Shown one piece after another: positions 8,292-17,816 of a stretch of DNA of 64,000 nt. Source of the stretch: Bacteroidales bacterium. GTDB taxonomy: Bacteria > Bacteroidota > Bacteroidia > Bacteroidales > Bacteroidaceae. A program made the position numbers and the translations under genes. Location: contig SUXT01000001.1 of the NCBI GenBank assembly GCA_015060835.1, positions 5,277 to 69,276 of the forward strand, given 5' to 3'. Below the pieces are notes generated by a model that saw only the letters and a list, made by a program, of their open reading frames with translations, ran no database searches and was not told where the DNA came from. How positions within the stretch are numbered: the stretch's first letter is position 1; each line of letters begins with the position of its first letter.

Positions 8292-9331
8292 AGTTCCTTA
8301 ATGTCGTTGCATAGTTGGTCTACCGCTTCGCTGCGTGTCGCCCAGCTTGTGCAGAAGCGCACAATGTCGCGTGTGTCGTCGTATCTTCCCCATACTTCGA
8401 AAATGTACTTTTCGGCAAGTCTGCTCTGCTGCTCTTTGGTGAGTGCGGGGAACTGCATGTTTGTGAGTGAGTCGTTCCACATGGGAATGCCCTTCTGCTC
8501 GAAGGCGCGGCGTATGCGCAGCGCTTCGCGGTTGGCATGGCGTGCAAGTTCGAAGTAGAGACAGTCGTTGCCGCCACGGAGCAGTTCGGCAAACTGTATT
8601 CCGAGCAGTCTGCCTTTTGCCAACATTCCTCCATGCTGTTTTATCGCATATCTGAAACTGCGTTTCAATTCCTTGTCCGAAAAGACCACTGCTTCGCCGA
8701 AGAGTGCACCTATTTTGGTGCCGCCTATGTAAAATACATCGCACAGGCGTGCAAGGTCGGCGAGTGTGAGGTCGCATCCTTCCGATTGCAGACCGTATCC
8801 CAGACGGGCGCCATCGACAAACAGGTAGAGCAAGTTTGCGCGGCAATATTCCGATATTTCTGTCAGTTCGGCAAGCGTGTATGTGAGTCCGTTCTCTGCC
8901 GGGCAGGAGAGATAGACCATTCCGGGCTGTATGGTGTGTTCGTGTACGGGGTCGTTCCAATGGTTTTCGTTGCACTCCTTTATCTGCTCAAGTGTCAGAC
9001 GACCGTCGGGCGATGGCAGTGCTATTATCTTGTGTCCTGTGGCTTCGGGGGCTCCGGTCTCGTGTACGTTTATGTGTCCGCTGTCTGCCGAGATTACTCC
9101 CTGATAGCTGCGCAGCAGGGCATCAATAACTGTTACATTGGTCTGTGTGCCGCCTACGAGAAATTCCACTCCGAGGGTGTCGTCGTTGCACTGTTGGCGT
9201 ATGATGTTGCGTGCCTCTTCGCAGTATTTGTCCTCGCCGTATCCGGGTGTCTGGTCGTAGTTGGTGCGGGTGAGGGCTTCGAGTATCGAGGGGTGTGCGC
9301 CTTCGATGTAGTCGCTGTTGAATAGTATCAT
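8288..9331 (-). CDS. ltaE: Low-specificity threonine aldolase / beta-eliminating lyase family (PLP-dependent)
   Basis: I trimmed the listed ORF 8288-9562 to the ATG at 9331 (MILFNSDYIEGAHPSILEAL...). GGTQTN and the YIGGTKIGALFGEA lysine motif are present. The upstream 77 codons overlap aroE and look non-coding. Confidence 0.8.
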   Translation of the reverse strand: MILFNSDYIEGAHPSILEALTRTNYDQTPGYGEDKYCEEARNIIRQQCNDDTLGVEFLVGGTQTNVTVIDALLRSYQGVISADSGHINVHETGAPEATGHKIIALPSPDGRLTLEQIKECNENHWNDPVHEHTIQPGMVYLSCPAENGLTYTLAELTEISEYCRANLLYLFVDGARLGYGLQSEGCDLTLADLARLCDVFYIGGTKIGALFGEAVVFSDKELKRSFRYAIKQHGGMLAKGRLLGIQFAELLRGGNDCLYFELARHANREALRIRRAFEQKGIPMWNDSLTNMQFPALTKEQQSRLAEKYIFEVWGRYDDTRDIVRFCTSWATRSEAVDQLCNDIKEL

Positions 9332-9434
9332 CTTTTTCGGTTTAATTTCCAAATAATGTTTATTACCAGCACAACCAATGCTATCACCAACAATTCGGTG
9401 AAGCTTATGGGCAATGGGATTATGATGAATGCTG

Positions 9435-10187
9435 TCATTGTGCGTTCCAGATTTCCCACGATGCGAGTGCCTGCAGATACCACATTTCGTATCCGCTCTT
9501 TGTGCGTGAACCTCTTTGACGCCCCTTCTGTAGAAAGAGGGTGTTTTCGGGGTTGTAGACAATGTCGTAGAGTATGTGCCTATCGGTGAGTGCGTCGTAT
9601 GGTATGTCTGGGCATTGGTCCACTCCGTGTCCTACCATGCCCAGCGGGGTGCAGTTTACAATCACTGTGTGGGCGGACACTGTTTCGGGTGTAAGGTCGC
9701 TGTATGCGATGGCTGTTTCGCCTGCCTTGCGCGATACTGACTGTACTTCCAGTCCTAACTGTCTGAGTGCGTAGATGATGGCTTTTGATGCTCCGCCGGT
9801 GCCGAGCACAAGTGCCTTCTTGTCGTCGGCGGTGAGCATGGGGGCAATGGAGCGCGAAAATCCTATCACATCGCTGTTGTATCCGTACAGGCGGGGCGTG
9901 CCGTTGTCATCGTGCTTCACCTTGACTACGTTGACGGCGTCAATCTCCTTTGCTTCGTCGCTGATTCCTGCAAGAAACTGCTTTATCTGCAATTTGTAAG
10001 GGATTGTTACGTTGAAACCCGATAGGGTGGGGTGCTTCTCCAATATTTGCGGAAGCTCCTCGATGCTTTGTAGTTCGAAGGGCAGATATTCGGCATCTAT
10101 TCCTTCGTCGGCGAACTTTTTGTTGAAGAATGCCGGTGATGCCGATTGGCCGAGAGGATTGCCTATTATTCCGTATATCTTTTTCAT
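9435..10187 (-). CDS. aroE: Shikimate 5-dehydrogenase
   Basis: 250 aa. GIIGNPLGQSASPAFFN, NVTIPYK and LVLGTGGASKAI are present. Confidence 0.9.
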   Translation of the reverse strand: MKKIYGIIGNPLGQSASPAFFNKKFADEGIDAEYLPFELQSIEELPQILEKHPTLSGFNVTIPYKLQIKQFLAGISDEAKEIDAVNVVKVKHDDNGTPRLYGYNSDVIGFSRSIAPMLTADDKKALVLGTGGASKAIIYALRQLGLEVQSVSRKAGETAIAYSDLTPETVSAHTVIVNCTPLGMVGHGVDQCPDIPYDALTDRHILYDIVYNPENTLFLQKGRQRGSRTKSGYEMWYLQALASWEIWNAQ

Positions 10188-10262
10188 TTATGTGAATTTA
10201 CAGAAGAGGGGAGCGGGGCGTATGCCTGCTCCCCATCTTGGTGTATGGACTGTTGTGTATGA

Positions 10263-11207
10263 TTAGCAGCCGAGATAATCCTTGATGTTGGCTTTGATGC
10301 GCTCGTCGATGTGTTCTGTGTCGCTCTTTACGAAGGGCTTGCCTACGATGTGCTCATAGAGCTCGATGTAGCGTTCCGATACGCTGTTTACATATTCGTC
10401 GCTCATTTCGGGTACCTGCTGTCCCTCTTGTCCCATAAAGCCGTTCTCTATGAGCCACTGGCGTACAAACTCCTTTGAGAGCTGTTTCTGAGGCTCGCCT
10501 TTCTCGAATTTCTCCTGATAGCCATCGGCGTAGAAGTAGCGCGATGAGTCGGGAGTGTGTATCTCGTCGATGAGGTATATCTTGCCGTCGCGTTTGCCGA
10601 ATTCGTATTTTGTGTCTACAAGAATAAGGCCCTTCTCTGCTGCCATCTGGCTGCCGCGCTCGAAGAGGGCGTAGGTGTATTTCTCCAACTGCTCATAATC
10701 CTCAGCGCTTACGATACCTTGTGCAATAATCTCTTCTTTCGAGATATTTTCGTCGTGTCCTTCATCGGCCTTTGTGGTGGGGGTGATGATGGGGGTGGGG
10801 AATTTCTCGTTCTCACGCATGCCTTCGGGGAGGGTTACGCCGCAGATTGAACGGCAACCGTTCTTATACTCGCGCCATGCACTGCCGGTGAGGTAGCCGC
10901 GGATGATCATCTCCACGCGGAAACCTTCGCACTTGAGTCCTACTGTTACCATAGGGTCGGGAGTAGCGAGTTTCCAGTTGGGCACGATGTCAGCGGTCGC
11001 ATCGAGGAATGTAGATGCTATCTGGTTGAGCACCTGTCCTTTGAAGGGGATGCCTTTAGGCAATATAACATCGAATGCCGAAATTCTGTCGGTTGCTACC
11101 ATTACCAAAAGGTCGTCGCCGATGTTGTATACATCGCGTACTTTACCGTGGTAGAGACTCTTCTGTTTCTTGAAGTGGAAATCTGTGGTTGTTAATGCTT
11201 TTGCCAT
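10263..11207 (-). CDS. purC: Phosphoribosylaminoimidazole-succinocarboxamide synthase (SAICAR synthetase)
   Basis: 314 aa. [19 protein letters not shown] and LVDTKYEFG are present. Confidence 0.9.
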   Translation of the reverse strand: MAKALTTTDFHFKKQKSLYHGKVRDVYNIGDDLLVMVATDRISAFDVILPKGIPFKGQVLNQIASTFLDATADIVPNWKLATPDPMVTVGLKCEGFRVEMIIRGYLTGSAWREYKNGCRSICGVTLPEGMRENEKFPTPIITPTTKADEGHDENISKEEIIAQGIVSAEDYEQLEKYTYALFERGSQMAAEKGLILVDTKYEFGKRDGKIYLIDEIHTPDSSRYFYADGYQEKFEKGEPQKQLSKEFVRQWLIENGFMGQEGQQVPEMSDEYVNSVSERYIELYEHIVGKPFVKSDTEHIDERIKANIKDYLGC

Positions 11208-11212
11208 GATAT

Positions 11213-12196
11213 TTATTCTTTAATGTTATCTTCTTTTTCTTTATCTTTTTTGTTCTTTTCTTCTTTTTCGTAGCTTTCGTATGCTTCTACTATGCGTGTT
11301 ACAAGCTTGTGGCGCACAATATCCTTCTTGCCGAGCGTAACGAAGCCTATTCCCTTTACACCTTTGAGTATGTTGAGTGCCTGTGTCAGTCCAGAGCCTT
11401 TCTTGTCGGGGAGGTCTATCTGTGTGAGGTCGCCTGTAATCACCATCTTTGTGTTGTTGCCCATGCGTGTGAGGAACATCTTTATCTGCTGCGGAGTGGT
11501 GTTCTGTGCCTCATCGAGTATCACAATGGCGTCGTTCAGCGTGCGTCCGCGCATGAATGCCAACGGGGCTATCTGTATGATGTTCATGTCCATGAACTCT
11601 TTCAGTTTTGCGTTGGGTATCATGTCCTCAAGGGCATCGTATAGGGGTTGCAGATAGGGGTCTATCTTGTCGCGCATGTCTCCGGGGAGGAATCCGAGCT
11701 TTTCACCGGCCTCCACTGCGGGACGGCTCAGGATTATCTTGCGCACCTCCTTATTCTTCAGCGCCTTCACAGCGAGGGCTATGGCGGTGTAGGTCTTTCC
11801 CGTACCGGCAGGGCCTACAGCGAATATCATGTCGTTTTTGCCGAACTCCTCCACAATCTTGCACTGATTCTCGCTGCGCGGGTATATGGGCTTGCCGTTT
11901 ACGTTGTAGACAATGACATTGCTGTCGTTGCCCTTGTCGCTCTTCTTGCCGTTGACGGCATCTATTATAGCCTCTTCGTCTATGCTGTTGTATCGTGTGC
12001 AGTGTGCTATCAGTCTCTCGACAACCTGACGGAAGCGTTCAAGTTCCTCTTCGTCGCCAATGACCTTTATCACATTGTCGCGTGCCACGATGCGCAGTTT
12101 GGGATATAGTTTCTTGAGCATCGTCAGGTGCACATTGTTCGCGCCGTAGAAGCTTACAGGGTCTATACCTTCGAGTATTATATGCTGTTCTATCAT
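11213..12196 (-). CDS. phoH: PhoH-like ATPase
   Basis: Walker [17 protein letters not shown] and [11 protein letters not shown] are present. The start is placed at the internal ATG at 12196 ([10 protein letters not shown]). The listed ORF extends to 12310, so the start is uncertain. Confidence 0.85.
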   Translation of the reverse strand: MIEQHIILEGIDPVSFYGANNVHLTMLKKLYPKLRIVARDNVIKVIGDEEELERFRQVVERLIAHCTRYNSIDEEAIIDAVNGKKSDKGNDSNVIVYNVNGKPIYPRSENQCKIVEEFGKNDMIFAVGPAGTGKTYTAIALAVKALKNKEVRKIILSRPAVEAGEKLGFLPGDMRDKIDPYLQPLYDALEDMIPNAKLKEFMDMNIIQIAPLAFMRGRTLNDAIVILDEAQNTTPQQIKMFLTRMGNNTKMVITGDLTQIDLPDKKGSGLTQALNILKGVKGIGFVTLGKKDIVRHKLVTRIVEAYESYEKEEKNKKDKEKEDNIKE

Positions 12197-12292
12197 TCTA
12201 TCCTTTTGCGGGTATTCTTTGTTTACACTGCGAAGATACGCATTTTCATCTATAAATTTATCTATTTGCGGTTTTTCTTTTGTAATAAAAGT

Positions 12293-12439
12293 GTACGCTG
12301 TAAAAAACATTGAAGTAACTTCATGTTTTTAGCTCGTTTGTGTGTATCTTTGCAGTAAACAGCGAAGATACGCTACGCTCACTGAAAAAAAACATTGAAG
12401 CAAATTCATGTTTATATTGTTCGTTTGTGTGTATCTTAG
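12293..12439 (-). repeat. Two tandem units (period about 87 bp) of the palindromic intergenic repeat family, reverse orientation
   Basis: The reverse complement reads gcaaagatacacacaaacgagctaaaaacatgaagttacttcaatgttttttacagcg and gctaagatacacacaaacgaacaatataaacatgaatttgcttcaatgttttttttcagtgagcgtagcgtatcttcg. These are near-matches to 35441-35516. Confidence 0.7.
12345..12352 (+). promoter_or_regulatory. Bacteroides-type -7 box (TAnnTTTG) upstream of rpe
   Basis: tatctttg lies 120 nt upstream of the rpe ATG and is embedded in the repeat unit. Confidence 0.35.
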
Positions 12440-12471
12440 CTTTTTCGGAAGTGATTAAAATTTATTTATAT

Positions 12472-13122
12472 ATGAGCATTATAGTATCGCCGTCGTTGTT
12501 GTCGGCAAATTTTGCGAATCTGCAATCGGATCTTGATATGATTAACCGCAGTGAGGCCGAGTGGTTGCATATTGATATTATGGATGGTGTGTTTGTACCC
12601 AACATCTCTTTCGGTCCTCCTGTGTTGCAGTATGTGGCCGAGGGTTGCACAAAGGCACTCGATGTCCATCTGATGGTAGTCAACCCTATGAACTATCTTG
12701 ATGCGGTGAAGGCTCTCGGTGCAAAGGTTATGAACATCCATTATGAGGCATGCACACACCTTCACAGGGCAATTACACAGATAAAGGAGGCAGGAATGAT
12801 GGCCGGTGTTACACTAAATCCCTCAACCCCGGTGATGATGCTTAAGGATATTATAGCCGACCTCGACCTTGTGCTTTTGATGAGTGTAAATCCTGGCTTC
12901 GGTGGACAGAAGTTCATTCCTCATACAGTGGAAAAGGTCAAGGAGTTGCGCGAACTTATTGCAGCGACCGGTTCAAAGGCGCTCATTGAGGTCGACGGCG
13001 GCGTTAACGAGCAGACGGGCCGAGTGCTTGCCGAAGCAGGAGCTGATGTGCTTGTTGCCGGAAACGCGGTCTTCAAGGCCGAGAATCCCGAGGCGGTAAT
13101 CACAGCTTTGCGTTCATTGTAG
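12472..13122 (+). CDS. rpe: Ribulose-phosphate 3-epimerase
   Basis: Start trimmed to the ATG at 12472 (MSIIVSPSLLSANFANL...). HIDIMDGVFVPNISFG, DVHLMV and VNPGFGGQKF are present. Confidence 0.9.
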   Translation: MSIIVSPSLLSANFANLQSDLDMINRSEAEWLHIDIMDGVFVPNISFGPPVLQYVAEGCTKALDVHLMVVNPMNYLDAVKALGAKVMNIHYEACTHLHRAITQIKEAGMMAGVTLNPSTPVMMLKDIIADLDLVLLMSVNPGFGGQKFIPHTVEKVKELRELIAATGSKALIEVDGGVNEQTGRVLAEAGADVLVAGNAVFKAENPEAVITALRSL

Positions 13123-13128
13123 CAGACT

Positions 13129-15237
13129 GTGAGGGGCGCAGACTTTTTGGGAAACAATCCTTTACTGAGGCTTGCAATACCTATGATTGCCGGTATTGCA
13201 GTGGCTCATACGTGCGATGCAGAGCTCTCCTTGTGGGCTCTGCTTCTTCTTTTTTCGCTGCTTGTCTGCGTGGCGGCTCTCTTTTTCGAGCGTATGGCCC
13301 TGCTCTTCGGCGGGGCTGCGATGGTGGCAATGTTTGCAGTCGGTGCAGTAGTGCAGCGTGTCGATGACAAGACAATGGCGCTGCAATGGGAGGAAACTAA
13401 GGGTGAATACTCTGCTGTTTTTCTCGAAACTCCGCACATGGGCGACCGGACCACAAAGGCGCTTGTGCATCTGCGGCGCGAGGATTGCGATTCCCTGAAT
13501 GGACGGCGCGAGGGCGCAGCGTATATCTATTTTGCCAATTGTGTGGATGCCGAAAACCTGAGCATCGGCGGGCGGGTGCGTTTCGCGGCTAAGGTACACA
13601 ACCCTAAGAATGCGGGCAATCCGGCCGAATTTGATTATAAGCATTTCCTTTATGTCAAGGGTGTTACGGCTATACTCTATCTGCCTGTAGGTGCATGGGA
13701 AATGGACGGTGCTGAGGAACTATCGTTGCGTATGCGTGCGCTTGCTTTTAGGGAACGGATTTTGGAACTCTACGGCCGTACGGGCTTCGACAGTGATGCA
13801 AAGGCAGTGCTGTCGGCGTTGACAGTGGGAGAGAAGAGTGAACTTACACGCGAAATTAAAGATACTTTCTCCTCTGTGGGCGCGAGCCACATTCTGGCAT
13901 TGTCGGGATTGCATCTTGGCATTTTCTATCTGATATTCTCTTTCCTATTACCTGCATGGCGCACCCACAGAGGCTACACACTTCTGCGCGAAGTTCTCAT
14001 TGTGGGTGCATTGTGGCTGTTTGCCTTTGTCGCAGGCCTTTCCCCTTCGATTGTGAGGGCGGCAATACTTTTTACGCTCTTTTCAGTGGCGCGATGCGCA
14101 AGGCGCGACAACTCTTCGGTCAATGCCCTTGCTTTTGCTGCGATAGCGATGTTGCTTTTTTCGCCCCGCTCGCTTTTCGATGTAAGTTTCCAATTGTCCT
14201 TCTCGGCGGTGTTTGCCATACTGATGTTTTTCCCATATATCCGTAGGATGCTTGTTGCCGATTCTTATGGCAAGTGCTACCGCTATATTGCCGACACGGT
14301 TTCTCTATCCGTTGCGGCTCAGATAGGTACATTGCCTGTAATATGGTACAGTTTTGGCACCTTCCCTACCTATTTTATCCTTACCAATTTGGTGGTTGTC
14401 CCGCTTGCCTTTGTGATAATGTCGCTGTCGGTGGCATTGTGGCTCTCCTCACCTGTCTCTGCTCTATGCGCTGCTGTAGCGTGGATGCTCGGCAAGACAG
14501 TGGATATGCTCAACGGGTGGGTCGGTCTTGTAGAATCATTGCCTGCGGCATCAGTCGAACTGCCTTATATTGATGCCTGTTCGGCGTGGGCGCTTGCGGT
14601 TTTGATTGTGTTTCTCGCCATTTACGCAGTGCGCAAGAGGGTAGTGTTCCTTCTCGCCGCACTGATGTTGGCTGTTGCCGTTGTTGCATGGGGATGGTAT
14701 CTCCGTAGCGATGAGCCCGGTGGTTCGATTATGTTTTTCAATAGCAGTAAATTCCCAGCTCTTCTGATGACAGCTTCGCGCGACAACTCATATATGCTCT
14801 CAACCGAGAATGAAAGTGAGGTTGAAAAGGAGTATATCGTCGACCCTTATCTGCGCCGCGAGTCGATGGAGACACCACTGTGGGTGAACAGCGATTATTC
14901 CGATGCCAATATCAGTTATGTCGAGGGCGTGGCTGATTTTTGCGGCCGTCGTATAATACTTCTTTCCGGCAAAAGTTGGATGGATAGAAAACAAGATTGT
15001 CCGGTGGATATTCTCTTTCTCTGCAAAGGCTTCAAGGGCAGTATGGAAAGTCTGCTCGTCATGCATCCTGCAAAATATGTCGTTATGGATGCCGGTCTTC
15101 ATTTTATGACGCGCCGCAGAGTGGAAAGGGAGTGTGCAGCACTTGGTATTGTGTGCATTGATGTTTCTGAAACGGGTGCGGTGGCATTTGATTGCAGGGC
15201 CGACTCTTTCTCTCCTATGTTTATGTCGGGTAAATGA
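13129..15237 (+). CDS. comEC: ComEC/Rec2 family DNA internalisation-related competence protein
   Basis: 702 aa, polytopic. SHILALSGLHLG and SFQLSFSAV are typical of the competence domain. It has a GTG start, and an alternative ATG lies 54 nt downstream. Confidence 0.8.
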   Translation: MRGADFLGNNPLLRLAIPMIAGIAVAHTCDAELSLWALLLLFSLLVCVAALFFERMALLFGGAAMVAMFAVGAVVQRVDDKTMALQWEETKGEYSAVFLETPHMGDRTTKALVHLRREDCDSLNGRREGAAYIYFANCVDAENLSIGGRVRFAAKVHNPKNAGNPAEFDYKHFLYVKGVTAILYLPVGAWEMDGAEELSLRMRALAFRERILELYGRTGFDSDAKAVLSALTVGEKSELTREIKDTFSSVGASHILALSGLHLGIFYLIFSFLLPAWRTHRGYTLLREVLIVGALWLFAFVAGLSPSIVRAAILFTLFSVARCARRDNSSVNALAFAAIAMLLFSPRSLFDVSFQLSFSAVFAILMFFPYIRRMLVADSYGKCYRYIADTVSLSVAAQIGTLPVIWYSFGTFPTYFILTNLVVVPLAFVIMSLSVALWLSSPVSALCAAVAWMLGKTVDMLNGWVGLVESLPAASVELPYIDACSAWALAVLIVFLAIYAVRKRVVFLLAALMLAVAVVAWGWYLRSDEPGGSIMFFNSSKFPALLMTASRDNSYMLSTENESEVEKEYIVDPYLRRESMETPLWVNSDYSDANISYVEGVADFCGRRIILLSGKSWMDRKQDCPVDILFLCKGFKGSMESLLVMHPAKYVVMDAGLHFMTRRRVERECAALGIVCIDVSETGAVAFDCRADSFSPMFMSGK

Positions 15238-15825
15238 TTACTCCACAATGCTGTAAAGCACACCTGTGAAAAGTCCGCTTATTACCAGAATAAGTATAGG
15301 ACTCACCTTGCGCCTTACTGCCACAAATGCAGCAATGGTTATAAGTACGCTCACCCAGAATCGCAGAGGAGTGCCGCCGGGTGTACCGTAGTTCTCTCGT
15401 GTCATCAACAGCAGCGCGGCAGATGCTATAAGTCCCACTACCGTTGGGCGCAATACACTGAAAATGGCATTAACCATAGGCCCTTTGCTGTATTTCAACA
15501 GATAGCGGCTGATGATAGTCATCAGTATAAGCGATGGAAGCATCAGTCCCAATGAGGTTATAAGCGAGCCTATAATGGCAATCAGTTGCGAGCCTGTGGC
15601 GTGATTCATTATCGAGTATCCGACGTACGTAGCCATGTTGATGCTTATGGGGCCGGGGGTCATTTGGCTGATGGCCACAATATCCGTAAATTCGGCCATA
15701 GAAAGCCATGCGTTACTTGTAACAATTTCGCCCTGCATCACAGAGAGTATGCCGTATCCGCCGCCGAAACTGAACATTCCTATCTTGAAGAATGTGAGGA
15801 ATAGTTTAAGTAGTAGAATCATCAT
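15238..15825 (-). CDS. chrA: Chromate transporter family protein (half-size ChrA)
   Basis: 195 aa. FGGGYGILSVMQ and MTPGP are present. Confidence 0.8.
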   Translation of the reverse strand: MMILLLKLFLTFFKIGMFSFGGGYGILSVMQGEIVTSNAWLSMAEFTDIVAISQMTPGPISINMATYVGYSIMNHATGSQLIAIIGSLITSLGLMLPSLILMTIISRYLLKYSKGPMVNAIFSVLRPTVVGLIASAALLLMTRENYGTPGGTPLRFWVSVLITIAAFVAVRRKVSPILILVISGLFTGVLYSIVE

Positions 15826-16361
15826 TTTGCCGTAAATTTACCGTACAGGAATCCTGCAATGAGTGCAGCAGGGATAATATAAATAGGTGATACTCCGAGT
15901 GCCACAATAAGCAGTGCCGCCACAATGGGAATCCACACGGTGGTGTATGTTATCTTTGCAGTCTTTGCAACAGAGAATACCGGTGCCGCCACAAGTGCAA
16001 CCACTGCCGGGCGTATGCCGCGGAATACATATTCGACTATATGGTTTTCGCGGAACGTGCGGAAGAATATTGCGATGAGCAATATGCACACAACCGATGG
16101 CAGTGCGCTGCCCAGCGATGCGAAGATAGCCCCTTTAAGTCCTCTCAGTTTGTAGCCTATGAATATAGCAATGTTTACGGCGAATACTCCGGGAGCCGAT
16201 TGTGCAAGTGCCAAGAGGTCGAGAAATTCCTCTTTCTCGACCCATTTGTTGCGTTCCACCACGTAATGCTCTATCAAGGGAATCATTGCGTATCCCCCTC
16301 CGATGGTGAATAGTCCTATCTTTGAAAATGTTGCCGTCAGTTCAGGCAATGATGCGTTCAT
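15822..16361 (-). CDS. chrA: Chromate transporter family protein (half-size ChrA, partner of 15238-15825)
   Basis: IGGGYAMIPLIE and SAPGVFAVN are present. It overlaps the downstream partner by 4 nt. The start is placed at the ATG at 16361; the ORF is open to 16409. Confidence 0.8.
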   Translation of the reverse strand: MNASLPELTATFSKIGLFTIGGGYAMIPLIEHYVVERNKWVEKEEFLDLLALAQSAPGVFAVNIAIFIGYKLRGLKGAIFASLGSALPSVVCILLIAIFFRTFRENHIVEYVFRGIRPAVVALVAAPVFSVAKTAKITYTTVWIPIVAALLIVALGVSPIYIIPAALIAGFLYGKFTAK

Positions 16362-16413
16362 AGTGTAGTTTTGTGCGGTTGTGTTTCTTGTGCAGGGTGG
16401 TTGCTCCATGCAA

Positions 16414-17133
16414 TTATTTCAACTCAAAGCGGGCATTCACCGTTACAGTGTATTCCGTCTCGGCAATGGAGAGGCGTGGTGCTTCGTAGCTGCCTGCCAC
16501 AGCGTCAGCCTCTTCGGCAATCATAGCCTTGTTCATTCTGAGGTTGCGTGCAGGTGAGGTTGAATTCATGCCCCATGTGTTGATGTAGATTGCTTTACCG
16601 GCCTCCTGCCCTATAGCGGTTGCAAGCATGATTGCCTTCTGTTTGGCATTTTTTACAGCCTCCACTCCAAGTTCGGCTTCAAGTTCCTTTGTCTTGGAGT
16701 ATTTTGTTTCGCTGAGTACGATGTTCGAAATCTCTTTCTCTTCAAGACCGGAAATAATACTCTGCATCATTTCAACACTGTTCAGCTTAAGCAGATACTG
16801 TGCAGTGGTGAGAGTCTTTATCTTTGACGAAAAATTTTTCAGTTTCACAGCGCTGCCCATCGAGAGTACAGTGAGTTGTTCGTCGATGTTCACCTTGTTC
16901 TTCTTCAGAATGTCGACCATCGTCTGCTGCATCTGCTGAAGAGTTTTCTTTCCTTTGTAGTCGCTCTCCTTTATGGTTATCGTCAAATAAATTTCATCGG
17001 GCGTTACTTTGCGCTGTGCCGATGCAGTTATTTCTATATAAGGTACTTGTGGCAGATTATTCTGCGCCGCGACAGAGAGTGTCGATGTTAAAAGCAGCAT
17101 TACGGCTGCACATTTTAAAATAAATCCTTTCAT
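16414..17133 (-). CDS. SIMPL (DUF541) domain periplasmic protein
   Basis: Signal peptide MKGFILKCAAVMLLL...AAQ. ITASAQRKVTPDEIYLTITIKE and the C-terminal YTVTVNARFEL pattern are typical of SIMPL proteins. Confidence 0.65.
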   Translation of the reverse strand: MKGFILKCAAVMLLLTSTLSVAAQNNLPQVPYIEITASAQRKVTPDEIYLTITIKESDYKGKKTLQQMQQTMVDILKKNKVNIDEQLTVLSMGSAVKLKNFSSKIKTLTTAQYLLKLNSVEMMQSIISGLEEKEISNIVLSETKYSKTKELEAELGVEAVKNAKQKAIMLATAIGQEAGKAIYINTWGMNSTSPARNLRMNKAMIAEEADAVAGSYEAPRLSIAETEYTVTVNARFELK

Positions 17134-17162
17134 GGTTATCGTTTTTTTGTAACTGTTGCTCT

Positions 17163-17774
17163 TCAGCACAGTAGTTTCTTAAGAATAAGTTTGTCTGTCT
17201 CTACAACATCGCTTATTTCAATATGTTCAAATGCTTCGTCACTCAGCAGACGCGAAGTTGAATTCTGCTGTGTGAGATTCCATGTAAGCAGTATGGGTTT
17301 GGTCTTTATTGCTTTCAATTTACGTATGAGCATTTCGTGGTCAGCGTCCCCGGTAATAAGCACAACGTAATCAAATTCGCGGTAAAGGGCAATCTCGTAT
17401 GCTTCGAGGGCGAACCACACATCAACGCCTTTTTCTATTACTGTAGTTTTTCCATCCTTCTCTATTTCGCGCAGATGTTTGTAGTGGAAAACTACATCAT
17501 TCTCAATAAGGCTGTCCTCGAATCTTCTTTCGCTGTAGAGAAGATTCTTCTTCTGTGCATCGTGTGCCCTATAGCGTCCGCGGTAGAAGTGGCTTTCGGT
17601 TATCAGGCAGTTCTTTTCCTTGTCTTGCTCAAGTTGTGCCACTTTCTCCTTTATGAATGAGAATAGTGCTGCTACGTTGATTCTGCTTTGCAGTGTATCT
17701 TCGAGGGCTTGGTTCACCTTGGCATAATAGCCACCATCGATAAACAGGCCGATAGAGATTATGTCGTTATTCAT
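17163..17774 (-). CDS. NYN/LabA-like (DUF88) domain protein
   Basis: 203 aa. GLFIDGGY, KGVDVWFALEA and VVLITGDADH match the NYN acidic-residue pattern. Confidence 0.65.
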   Translation of the reverse strand: MNNDIISIGLFIDGGYYAKVNQALEDTLQSRINVAALFSFIKEKVAQLEQDKEKNCLITESHFYRGRYRAHDAQKKNLLYSERRFEDSLIENDVVFHYKHLREIEKDGKTTVIEKGVDVWFALEAYEIALYREFDYVVLITGDADHEMLIRKLKAIKTKPILLTWNLTQQNSTSRLLSDEAFEHIEISDVVETDKLILKKLLC

Positions 17775-17816
17775 GATAGAATAATGTTATGTATAAGTTA
17801 CTTGAAATATTGTTTC

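Noticed and set aside
9332-9562. N-terminal extensions of listed ORFs: 8288-9562, 11213-12310, 12340-13122, 19899-21122, 34641-35465, 59614-62856 and 62939-63880.
   Set aside because: The conserved protein starts, or a signal peptide or lipobox, begin at internal ATGs. The extensions overlap neighbouring genes or repeats and have non-protein-like composition.
15238-16409. Two adjacent half-size chromate transporter genes as a possible split or frameshifted gene.
   Set aside because: Paired short-chain CHR genes with a 4-nt overlap are a known natural arrangement. Both halves have their own conserved GGGY/PGP motifs.
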